DNA from: Candidatus Pacearchaeota archaeon
Lineage (GTDB): Archaea > Nanobdellota > Nanobdellia > Pacearchaeales > GW2011-AR1
NCBI GenBank assembly: GCA_038885615.1
Contig: JAVZZP010000001.1
Location: 8,876-72,875 of the forward strand
Length of the DNA stretch: 64,000 nucleotides
Direction: 5' to 3'
The notes under the pieces were generated by a model that was given only the letters and a program-made list of their open reading frames with translations, made no database searches and was not told the origin of the DNA. The translations under genes were made by a program, and so were the position numbers. This document shows positions 42,589 to 50,785 of the stretch, in pieces (position 1 is the stretch's first letter; each line of letters begins with the position of its first letter).

Positions 42589-43734
42589 TTATCTTGTGAT
42601 AAGAATTTTATCCATTTTTTCTTTAAGTTTTTTCATTTCAGGAGAAGAAAAATGCTCTCTCGCTGGCTTTAAAATTTTTATTATTTCTTTCGCCATTGAT
42701 TTTTTTAAATCTAATGGGTGCAATTTTTTTTCTTTGAAATCTTTTTCAAGCTCTTCAAAAGAAAGATATTTTTTATTGCCGCCGAATTTCTCCGGTCTTT
42801 CAACTAAGAGTTCTTTTGATATTGGAAAAACAATGTACTTTGCCCAATCTATCAAAGGATTAAACTCTATCTCTCCCTCTGGACAAAAAGCTTCATTTAT
42901 CTTTTTTTCTATTGTTTTCTCATCATCGAGCATAAAAATTGCTGAATTTAGTATTGATTTAGACATTTTCATTTGACTCCAAATTTCCTGCTTTCTTTCA
43001 GCTACTATTGGCCAAACAGAAGGTTTATTTAAACCTAGAATTAAATGCCCATGAACAGCGACGGGTTTTATTTTTTCTCCTTTTTTGTTTAGCAAAGGAC
43101 AATATTTTAATTGCAAAGCAACATCTCTTGCAATAACTTGTGCTTTTCTTTGATCTAGACCTGCATGAACTAAGTTTAAATTCTGTGAAAAGATATCAGC
43201 AACCTGCATAGCAGGATAAAGAAGCATTGCAAATTCCACTGCCTCGCCTTCTTCTCTTCCGGCTATTGTAATACTCCTTAACATTCTTGCCAAAGTTGTG
43301 TTTTTAGAAATTTCAATAACTGTCTGCCAATATAAATCATTATTATGGTAAAGCTCACTTCCTACGACAAATTTTAAATCCGTAGGATTGCCACCGACAC
43401 ATTTATAACCTGCTTTCAAAACTTCTTTTATGAAATTAACGCCAACTTCTTTTATTATTTTTAAATCTCCACCTAATTTGTTATTTATCCAAGCATGATA
43501 ATCAGCTATAAAAATAGAAACATCTGCTCCAGCATCATGTAAATCCTTGACTTTTGACATGCAAACAATTCCATGGCCTAAGTGGGGCTTTCCAGAAACT
43601 TCAAAACCGATGTAATGTCTTAAAGGTTCTTTGTTTTTTAATAATTCTTTCAGGTCATCTTCTCCTAAAATTTCTTCTGTATTTCTTTTTATTAAATTAA
43701 ATTTTTCTTCAACTGAAAGTTCTTTTTTTGTCAT
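42589..43734 (-). CDS. tyrS: Tyrosyl-tRNA synthetase (archaeal type)
   Basis: IKRNTEEILGEDDLKELL...GFEVSGKPHLGH (HIGH), YPAMQVADI, KMSKS, ERPEKFGG...LHPLDLK. Collinear with M. jannaschii TyrRS. Confidence 0.9.
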   Translation of the reverse strand: MTKKELSVEEKFNLIKRNTEEILGEDDLKELLKNKEPLRHYIGFEVSGKPHLGHGIVCMSKVKDLHDAGADVSIFIADYHAWINNKLGGDLKIIKEVGVNFIKEVLKAGYKCVGGNPTDLKFVVGSELYHNNDLYWQTVIEISKNTTLARMLRSITIAGREEGEAVEFAMLLYPAMQVADIFSQNLNLVHAGLDQRKAQVIARDVALQLKYCPLLNKKGEKIKPVAVHGHLILGLNKPSVWPIVAERKQEIWSQMKMSKSILNSAIFMLDDEKTIEKKINEAFCPEGEIEFNPLIDWAKYIVFPISKELLVERPEKFGGNKKYLSFEELEKDFKEKKLHPLDLKKSMAKEIIKILKPAREHFSSPEMKKLKEKMDKILITR

Positions 43735-43775
43735 AAAAAAAATAAGAAGAGAGTGTTTAAAAATATTTGTTTAAA

Positions 43776-43848
43776 TGGTCCCGCCAGGAATTGCACCTGG
43801 GATTTCTTCCACGTCAAGGAAGCGTCTTAACTACTGGACCACGGGACC
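43776..43848 (-). tRNA. tRNA-Val (GAC)
   Basis: Acceptor GGTCCCG/CGGGACC, anticodon arm CTTCC-TTGACGT-GGAAG, T arm CCAGG-TGCAATT-CCTGG. Confidence 0.9.
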
Positions 43849-43888
43849 TTTTTAATTAAAAAATAAAAGAACTTATAAACTTTTCTTA

Positions 43889-44368
43889 TTAACAAGGAAC
43901 TTTTTTAGTTGAAAGATATGGGCATAAAATCATTTCAGTTTTTGAAGATGTAACAAAAGGTTGAATTTCAATAAAACAAACTTTTCCATAGGCTGACATA
44001 TTAACTTTATAGTTTGTTTGATTAAAGACTAATTTTATTTCTTGGTCTGGTTTGAGAGTTATATCAAACTTTCCCAGATTATAAACACCACTATCAAAAT
44101 CAGTGTTATTGTTAATCCTAACAAAAAAGCCTTTTATATTAAATCTTCCTCTATTTATTATAGTCAAATTCAATTCCTTGGATCTTTCATTAAAAAAATA
44201 ATCACTAATATAAACAGAAACTCCTTCAGGGCAACTCTCTGGTTCTGATATATCTGACTTAAATCTTAACCATGCATAAGCAATACCTGCAATAGCAATA
44301 GTTATGGAAATTAACAAAACATAAGAAACTATCATACTATCTGCTTTCTTCTTATTCAATTGCAACAT
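43889..44368 (-). CDS. Pilin-like protein (class III signal peptide candidate)
   Basis: MLQLNKKKADSMIVSYVLLISITIAIAGIAYAWL is a basic N-terminus followed by a ~22-aa hydrophobic helix. The rest is a beta-rich domain. Confidence 0.5.
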   Translation of the reverse strand: MLQLNKKKADSMIVSYVLLISITIAIAGIAYAWLRFKSDISEPESCPEGVSVYISDYFFNERSKELNLTIINRGRFNIKGFFVRINNNTDFDSGVYNLGKFDITLKPDQEIKLVFNQTNYKVNMSAYGKVCFIEIQPFVTSSKTEMILCPYLSTKKVPC

Positions 44369-44948
44369 GCCTCTCCTCGTCTTTTTCTCTTTTTATTACA
44401 AAATAAAAGTTTTTATATTTATCTAAAGGTATTTCATAGGGGATATCATCTACCCTAAATCTTATTTTTTTTTCAGGAATGCCCCCAAGTTTTATTGAAA
44501 AAATTTTATCTTTTATTTGCTGAGCTCTTAAGTCTATATTAACATTTGCTCCGCTTCTCCCAATCTGAATTGCCCCCTCTCGTTGAACATTATCAACAAA
44601 ATAATTATTTCCTTCAACAGATATGTTTATCCCTTTTTTTGCTAGATTTAAAACAGACAAATTAGAACCCTTGCCATAAAAGAAAATAAATTCTAAGTCA
44701 GGATTTTGAGAAAGATATGAGGAAGAGAACTTTCCTAAAAAGTCCTCCAACTTATCATCTCTAGTTATAAGGCCATAATCAATAACAACTGAAGATTCTT
44801 CTGAAAGCTGGTTTTTTAAAGAAATGACAAAATCACTCGAATAAAAAACATTTACCCTATTTCTAAAGGCAAAAAGAGAACCTGCTATTAAAATTATTAT
44901 AAGTGCTGCTATTAAAAAAAATTGCCCTCTTTTTTGTTTTTTTTTCAT
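44352..44948 (-). CDS. Pilin-like protein with class III (type IV prepilin-like) signal peptide
   Basis: MKKKQKRG/QFFLIAALIIILIAGSLFAF is a canonical KRG-Q cleavage context. Confidence 0.6.
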   Translation of the reverse strand: MKKKQKRGQFFLIAALIIILIAGSLFAFRNRVNVFYSSDFVISLKNQLSEESSVVIDYGLITRDDKLEDFLGKFSSSYLSQNPDLEFIFFYGKGSNLSVLNLAKKGINISVEGNNYFVDNVQREGAIQIGRSGANVNIDLRAQQIKDKIFSIKLGGIPEKKIRFRVDDIPYEIPLDKYKNFYFVIKREKDEERHVAIE

Positions 44949-44954
44949 GGTTTA

Positions 44955-45212
44955 AACAGACAGGAAGACGGCTTGATTCCACGAGAAGGTTTTCTTTGAC
45001 CTTTCTCAATCTCTTTTCTCCTCAAGCATCTAAACCATAAATTAGGGCTGCTCCGATCAAGGCCTGACCCGGTTTTCTATGGCAAGATCAAGAAGAGGGA
45101 GATCTCAGCGTCCAGCCAAAGGCCTTTTCGCTTCCTCTCACCGAAACTTCCTTGCGATCCGCCATAAAGCCCTTTTGCGGTTTAGCGTGGGGCTAGCACG
45201 CTATCTTGTCTG
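44955..45212 (-). ncRNA. ffs: Signal recognition particle RNA (7S/SRP RNA), compact
   Basis: Minus-strand read. The 5' CAGACAAG pairs with the 3' CTTCCTGTCTG. The helix-8 motif CCGGGTCAGGCC..GATCGGAGCAGCCC matches the conserved GGUCAGGUCCGGAAGGAAGCAGCC core. Hairpins AGCGTG-CTAGCCC-CACGCT and CCGC-aaaaGGGCtttat-GGCGG have complementary loops (GCCC/GGGC), as in Alu-domain helices 3 and 4. Confidence 0.75.
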
Positions 45213-45257
45213 TATTATATTATAGGAAATAGGTTTTAAAAACCTTTTTACTTAAAT

Positions 45258-48200
45258 CTAATGAACAAAAATCTCTGGATAACAAGCAGAATTTCCAAAA
45301 ACATCTTCGCAACGTATATAATAAAGCTGGCCTTTCTTTAGTCCTGTTGTAAATTCATTATCCTTAATTCTGCTCATAGTAGTTCCATTCTGGGCTACAA
45401 AAGCACAACCAAGCGAATTTAAAAATTTACAGCTGGTTGCTTTTTCGTTTAAAACTATTTTTAAATTTCCTTTGTCATTATAAACCCTTAATAATTTTGG
45501 AGGTTCTTTGTCTATAATAACCACGAGGCTATATTTATCTTGTGCCAGATTTCCTGCTGCATCTTCACACTGAACAGATATTTCATAATCTCCTTCAACC
45601 AAATTTAAGATAACATCAGTATGTGTTGTAGAGTTTGTTCTATTGAAAAATTTCCATGCGGAAGAGATATTATTTATTTTTAATTTCCACTTGCATTCTG
45701 CTTTTCCTCTTTCTACGCCATTTGCTGTTTTTAGTTGTATAGAAAGATTTTGTTTATCACTTCCTGTAATATACTCTCCTTTAGGAGAAAAATCAACTAT
45801 TTCCAAAGCCATAGAAGGTCTTAAAGAATATTCAAAAGCTCTTTGATTTTCATTTCTCTTATAGTATTGATTTTCTTTCCCTTCAAGCCATGGTTGATCT
45901 TTACATTTTATGTAAAACTTTGTAGAATTACCAACAACAGTTGTTATATTTCTTAATTCTCCTTCGCACCAATAACCTTTTGCTGTTGTTTCTTCATTTA
46001 TTTCATTATCACAAGCAAAATCGTTCTGACTAATAACCTCTTCTTCTCCTTCTTCATTGATTACTCTTGCTAAACCCATCTCTCCATATGCTTTTCCGCC
46101 GTCAAAATCCCATCTGCACTCAGCAGGCTCATTCAACTTAAACCTTATTCTTTTAGTTGTTCTGTTGAACTCTACGAAAGAGTTCGATGGTGGAACAAAC
46201 TCTAAAATTGAAGGAGGTATTTCATCAGGAGTTTTCATAACTTCTAATTGATGAACTTTTTGATTTGCATTTCCAGCAGAATCTTCACACATTATAAAAA
46301 TCTCGTACTTTCCATCTCTTGTTAGGAAAGGATAGGCTTGAATGTCTTCATTATCTATTGCAGCTCTAGGAGCTGACAAAATAAATTCATGTGTTTTTCC
46401 AAATTTGCTATCAGTTTCATATTTCATATTTTCTATATTAACTCCTCCACTCTTGAAATCAAATTTACAATAAGAATCTTCATTTGTTGTTATGGTTATT
46501 TTTACACTGCTATATGGTGGGATTGGATTTGGTGGATCCTGAGAAATAGAAATAACTGGCCCAGAAAAGTCATTAGAGCTTACACAAACCCCCGTGTCAA
46601 TTCCTCTCGGCTCCTTATACTCGCAATTCTTTCCGATTGCTTTGCATCTATATTCAGAACAAGGTAACCCGTCCGCGCCACACAATGAACAGTTGCCAGA
46701 AGAAGGTGGACGCCAAGGTTTTGCTTTGAAACTATAATAACAAGTTATTTCCCACCTGTGTTTTTCTCCTCCAGTATATTTACAAGGAATTTCTTCTATA
46801 CTCAAGGGAGCAATAGAACCAGAGGCACCAACCCAATTAGAATCTCCTGCACAATCGCTTATTCCAACCAATCTTTTACTTAAAAAACTTGTAACTCCTG
46901 GATTATTTATCGGAAGAGCTTTTTTCTGTCCGCTTTTAATGCACGCAGCTCCTAAACACCCATCATCATTTTCATCTCCGCATCTGTCTTTCCATAGTGG
47001 AGAGGCTATTGGATTATTGCTATTTGTTTCGCACTTCCAAGTCCAGCCATCATACTCTGACCAATCGGAATAACTTAGCGAAAAAATCCCTCCACACCCC
47101 CAAGCAAAATTACCGGTAGAGTTACAAGTACTTAATTTTGGATAAAGATAATAATATTCATCTCTTTTACTTCTTTTAAATCCAATATTTCGAGAATAAT
47201 CCCCTAAGCTACAAATGCCCGCACCACTTTTTTCACTACCTATTATTTTAGAAGAAATGTCTGACCCTGGAGCAATTTTTGGAACACACATACGAAGATT
47301 AAGGTCTTGTAAAAGAGGAGAAGAAACCTCCATAAGATTCTTTCCTGCTTGTGCTTGAGGAAGATTCCTCCAATCTTTTCTCTGTTGGCCGCAATAAATA
47401 GTTTCTTCTCCTTGAAACTGAATACAATCATCTAATCTTGTAATATAGCACCATTCTGGATCACAATCTTCAATTTTGTTTTCTCCTGTAACCTCGTCTA
47501 CAACATTAGCATCATAACAAGCATCCCCCCAGTTTGCAACACATTTTGCTCCTCCATCCATTGGAATACAAACCTCATTTCTATAATCTGCACAGGGCTC
47601 TGTAACAATCTCTCCATCGATACAAACCTGTCTAAAAAATCTAGATCCGACAGCATCGTTAAAAGCTGGAAGCTTCTCATCTGTTTTTTTAAACTCTGCT
47701 CCCCTAACATCGTCCGTAAGGACATTTCCATCTAAACCAATACACCAGCTTTCTCCGTTTTTTCTTTTATTCCCCCATTTATCAACACAATTTAAACTCT
47801 TACAAATTGCTTTTTTTGAGGTGTTTTGCACACAAATAAAACCTTCAGAGTATTTACATTCTTGAACTAAAGAATCTCTATTTCCGCAAGAATCAACAAA
47901 ATAAATATTTCCGTCTTCAAAACATTTTGTTCTATCTGTTTTACTACAGCGAGTTTTTAATGAGGGATCCGAACACAACTTACCCTCGTAAAATATTTTA
48001 TCTGTTCCCCTACAATTTTCTTTTTTTGTATAAGAACAAAAGTCGTAATTATAAACACAAGCGCCCATTACCCCGGAAGAAGCTAAATTTGAACATTGAT
48101 CTTCGCTCAGAGGTCTCCAGTCAACTTGAAATCCTCCAGACAGAGAGTCTAGTTCGCATTGCCTTCTGGTGGTATATTTAACTCCCAAACCTAAAACACA

Positions 48201-48395
48201 GCAACCCATTGAACATTCTGCTGAAGAACTACAAGAAGACCCAACAACTATTCCACTATTTTCAGTACAAACATTTGATGGAACCCTTTCTGAACAAATT
48301 CCGTTTGAAGGGTAAAAACAGCAAACCTCTGAAGAAACAAAGCTAAATGAAACAATTGCCAAAACTATAAATAAAAAAAATGTTTTTTTTCTCAT
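45258..48395 (-). CDS. Giant secreted Cys-rich protein with C-terminal beta-sandwich-like modules (putative adhesin)
   Basis: Signal peptide MRKKTFFLFIVLAIVSFSFVSS. Dozens of Cys in the N-terminal ~600 aa. Four C-terminal modules end in the motif C(E/K)D..GN (IMCEDSAGN, IKCKDQPW, VQCEDAAGN, IRCEDVFGN). Confidence 0.7.
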   Translation of the reverse strand: MRKKTFFLFIVLAIVSFSFVSSEVCCFYPSNGICSERVPSNVCTENSGIVVGSSCSSSAECSMGCCVLGLGVKYTTRRQCELDSLSGGFQVDWRPLSEDQCSNLASSGVMGACVYNYDFCSYTKKENCRGTDKIFYEGKLCSDPSLKTRCSKTDRTKCFEDGNIYFVDSCGNRDSLVQECKYSEGFICVQNTSKKAICKSLNCVDKWGNKRKNGESWCIGLDGNVLTDDVRGAEFKKTDEKLPAFNDAVGSRFFRQVCIDGEIVTEPCADYRNEVCIPMDGGAKCVANWGDACYDANVVDEVTGENKIEDCDPEWCYITRLDDCIQFQGEETIYCGQQRKDWRNLPQAQAGKNLMEVSSPLLQDLNLRMCVPKIAPGSDISSKIIGSEKSGAGICSLGDYSRNIGFKRSKRDEYYYLYPKLSTCNSTGNFAWGCGGIFSLSYSDWSEYDGWTWKCETNSNNPIASPLWKDRCGDENDDGCLGAACIKSGQKKALPINNPGVTSFLSKRLVGISDCAGDSNWVGASGSIAPLSIEEIPCKYTGGEKHRWEITCYYSFKAKPWRPPSSGNCSLCGADGLPCSEYRCKAIGKNCEYKEPRGIDTGVCVSSNDFSGPVISISQDPPNPIPPYSSVKITITTNEDSYCKFDFKSGGVNIENMKYETDSKFGKTHEFILSAPRAAIDNEDIQAYPFLTRDGKYEIFIMCEDSAGNANQKVHQLEVMKTPDEIPPSILEFVPPSNSFVEFNRTTKRIRFKLNEPAECRWDFDGGKAYGEMGLARVINEEGEEEVISQNDFACDNEINEETTAKGYWCEGELRNITTVVGNSTKFYIKCKDQPWLEGKENQYYKRNENQRAFEYSLRPSMALEIVDFSPKGEYITGSDKQNLSIQLKTANGVERGKAECKWKLKINNISSAWKFFNRTNSTTHTDVILNLVEGDYEISVQCEDAAGNLAQDKYSLVVIIDKEPPKLLRVYNDKGNLKIVLNEKATSCKFLNSLGCAFVAQNGTTMSRIKDNEFTTGLKKGQLYYIRCEDVFGNSACYPEIFVH

Positions 48396-49180
48396 GGAGT
48401 TTTATCACAATTTTTAATTGCAAAATGAAAGGTGTTTTTCTTTTCTGTGTAGTCTTCTATTGTGTAAACTTTTTCCCCACGTGAACCAATAAAAAAGATT
48501 ACCTTATAATCATTATACTTACTCATTAATTTAATTGTATCTGCGGTACAAGATTCCATTGGACAATTACAAGTTACTTCTTGATTTATTATTTCATTGG
48601 AAATTTGAATATAATCCCAAATATTTGAATTCACATAAACATCAAAATTTTCAAAAAAAAGTTTGCCTTCATCACTTTTTGATATTTCTATTGGCTTTCT
48701 TACTTTTAAGTAAATTCTTTTCGGCTGTATTTCTACACTAAAGTCGGTTTCTTTCATTTCTATATTAAATCCCTTATTTTTTTCTTTCATCTCTTGAAAG
48801 CATTTTTCCACATCATTTCTTATTTTATTTTCTAACTCTTCTTCAATTCTTCTTTTGCTTTGCGCATCATTTCTCGTACATATTGTTCTTTTTTGCGAGG
48901 TATAACAATGATAAGAAACATTCTTACCCTTATAAACCAAATAACTTGGAGGATTGAAATACATTCCTTTTTCTAAAAATTCCGGTAAAACATTTTCAAG
49001 GGATTTAGAAATACATGGTTTAACCTCTAGATAGGGTTCAATAGATGATTTCTTTGTGCTCTCAAACTTTGGGGATGGAAAAAGAAAAAAAAAGGCCAAG
49101 ATTGAAACTAAAATCAAAAGGCCAAAAATTATAAAAAGAGTTACTTGTGATTTCTTATTTAATCCCCTTTTATTTTCCAT
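48392..49180 (-). CDS. Pilin-like/N-terminally anchored protein, first gene of the cluster
   Basis: MENKRGLNKKSQVTLFIIFGLLILVSILAFFF. Its stop overlaps the ATG of the giant gene. Confidence 0.5.
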   Translation of the reverse strand: MENKRGLNKKSQVTLFIIFGLLILVSILAFFFLFPSPKFESTKKSSIEPYLEVKPCISKSLENVLPEFLEKGMYFNPPSYLVYKGKNVSYHCYTSQKRTICTRNDAQSKRRIEEELENKIRNDVEKCFQEMKEKNKGFNIEMKETDFSVEIQPKRIYLKVRKPIEISKSDEGKLFFENFDVYVNSNIWDYIQISNEIINQEVTCNCPMESCTADTIKLMSKYNDYKVIFFIGSRGEKVYTIEDYTEKKNTFHFAIKNCDKTP

Positions 49181-49220
49181 AAATAAATAATAAAAAATAA
49201 TCTTTATAAATTTGTCTAAA

Positions 49221-49294
49221 TGAGCCCGCCAAGATTTGAACTTGGGACCCCCACCTTATCAGAGTGGTGCGCTACCTGGCTGCGCCACGGGCTC
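49221..49294 (-). tRNA. tRNA-Ile (GAT)
   Basis: Acceptor GAGCCCG/CGGGCTC, anticodon arm CCACT-CTGATAA-GGTGG, T arm CCAAG-TTCAAAT-CTTGG. Confidence 0.9.
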
Positions 49295-49336
49295 CTAATA
49301 AAACCAATATAAAACCATTTATAAAATTTATTAAAA

Positions 49337-49816
49337 TCAACTTTGAGCTATTGGGCCACTTTTAGAACTGCTATCATAGGTTACAAAATCAAAATCATTC
49401 CTTACAATATCATCAATACTTCCCAATATCTTGTCTTTATCTTTAATTTTCATTTTGTCAATGCCTTCTGCTATTTTGGAAAGACCTCCAACAACATGTT
49501 TTCCTGGGTCTTTATTTTTTTGAAAAGTTTTTAAACCATACATCAAGTGTGAAACTCCGTCAATAACTCCTACAGCAATACCTGCTTCTGGGCCAGCATA
49601 AGACGATACTACGGGCGTTAATGTGTCTAAAAAAGAGTTTAGCTTTCTATGCGTATCCTCAGGCATCTTCCAAATTATATAAAGTTCTGGTTTTAGCATG
49701 AAAATTCTCTCATAAAAATTTCTTGGTTTATAAATATCCCACCATCGCCCAACAAAAGAATCTTCTTGATGAGACAAACCTCCTTCTCTTCTCTTAACGG
49801 AATTATCTTTCATCAT
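49337..49816 (-). CDS. Hypothetical protein
   Basis: ORF track. ATGA overlap with the upstream Zn-ribbon/ACD gene. No family recognised. Confidence 0.4.
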   Translation of the reverse strand: MMKDNSVKRREGGLSHQEDSFVGRWWDIYKPRNFYERIFMLKPELYIIWKMPEDTHRKLNSFLDTLTPVVSSYAGPEAGIAVGVIDGVSHLMYGLKTFQKNKDPGKHVVGGLSKIAEGIDKMKIKDKDKILGSIDDIVRNDFDFVTYDSSSKSGPIAQS

Positions 49817-50421
49817 TCTTTTATAGTTAAAATAACTTTATTCTCTTTTACAGAATAACTGAAAGAATCAACTTTAAGAGGAATTGTCTTAACATAGCAC
49901 TTATCTTTTGTATATGCCCTTATCTCTATTCCTCCTTCTATTCTGTTTATAACTATGTCTTCTCTCGACTTCACTCCCGGCGCGAAAATTTCATATACAA
50001 CTCCTTCTGGAAGTCTTCTAAATTTTGCTTCTGCCTTTACAATCTGAACAGGGTTATCTGATAATTCTCTCTTATTATTTTTCTTTTGTTCATGAACATC
50101 GTTTTTATTCTTATTATAAGATATTTCTCTTCTTGGAGAAAATGTTGAGAATTTTATTTGAATATTGTTAAAAGGAATTGTATTTGCTTTTTTTTCTATT
50201 GAAGAATTGGAAAAAAGATTGTTCATATCAGAAAAAATTCTTTCAAATATCCTGTCAATAGGGAAAAAAATCTCTTTATCGGAAAAAAATTCATCATCTG
50301 TCTCTCCCAACAAGCCATAATCGCTTTTTGTTTTTTTTGCTAATTTCTCACCACACCAAGGGCAAAAATCAAAATTTCTTTCAATCTCTTTATTACATCT
50401 TAAACATTTTTTCTTTTTCAT
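49813..50421 (-). CDS. Zinc-ribbon protein with a C-terminal Hsp20/alpha-crystallin-like domain
   Basis: CLRCNKEI..FCPWCGEKL at the N-terminus. The C-terminus VVYEIFAPGVKSREDIVINRIEGGIEIRAY...VKTIPL...NKVILTIKE resembles an ACD. Confidence 0.5.
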   Translation of the reverse strand: MKKKKCLRCNKEIERNFDFCPWCGEKLAKKTKSDYGLLGETDDEFFSDKEIFFPIDRIFERIFSDMNNLFSNSSIEKKANTIPFNNIQIKFSTFSPRREISYNKNKNDVHEQKKNNKRELSDNPVQIVKAEAKFRRLPEGVVYEIFAPGVKSREDIVINRIEGGIEIRAYTKDKCYVKTIPLKVDSFSYSVKENKVILTIKE

Positions 50422-50460
50422 AAATTATATAGTGCTTGCCTTTTTTTAAATCTTTGTATA

Positions 50461-50533
50461 TGGGGTTACCAGGATTTGAACCTGGGTCGCGCGCTCCCTA
50501 AGCGCGAATCGTACCAAGCTAGACCATAACCCC
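50461..50533 (-). tRNA. tRNA-Pro with anticodon AGG (A34)
   Basis: Acceptor GGGGTTA/TAACCCC, identical to the TGG isoacceptor. Anticodon arm CGCGC-TTAGGGA-GCGCG. T arm CCAGG-TTCAAAT-CCTGG. Confidence 0.8.
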
Positions 50534-50536
50534 GCA

Positions 50537-50607
50537 TGCGCGGCCCGGGAATTGAACCCGGCTCTTAACCTTGGCAAGGTTACATTCTACCGATAAACTA
50601 GCCGCGC
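50537..50607 (-). tRNA. tRNA-Gly (GCC)
   Basis: Acceptor GCGCGGC/GCCGCGC, anticodon arm TAACC-TTGCCAA-GGTTA, T arm CCGGG-TTCAATT-CCCGG. It lies 3 nt from tRNA-Pro. Confidence 0.85.
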
Positions 50608-50677
50608 CTAGAATTTTTTATTGAGCGTAGTTTAAAAAGATAACCTTTAAAAATAAAAAGACATCTTTAAAGTACAT

Positions 50678-50748
50678 GGGCTCATAGGCTAATGGTAGAC
50701 CCTCTCGCTTACACCGAGATGGCGGAGGTTCGATTCCTCCTGGGCCCA
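50678..50748 (+). tRNA. tRNA-Val (TAC)
   Basis: Acceptor GGGCTCA/TGGGCCC, anticodon arm TCTCG-CTTACAC-CGAGA, T arm GGAGG-TTCGATT-CCTCC. Confidence 0.85.
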
Positions 50749-50785
50749 TCAATAGATTTTTAAAAGAAGTTTTTTTGTTTTGTTT

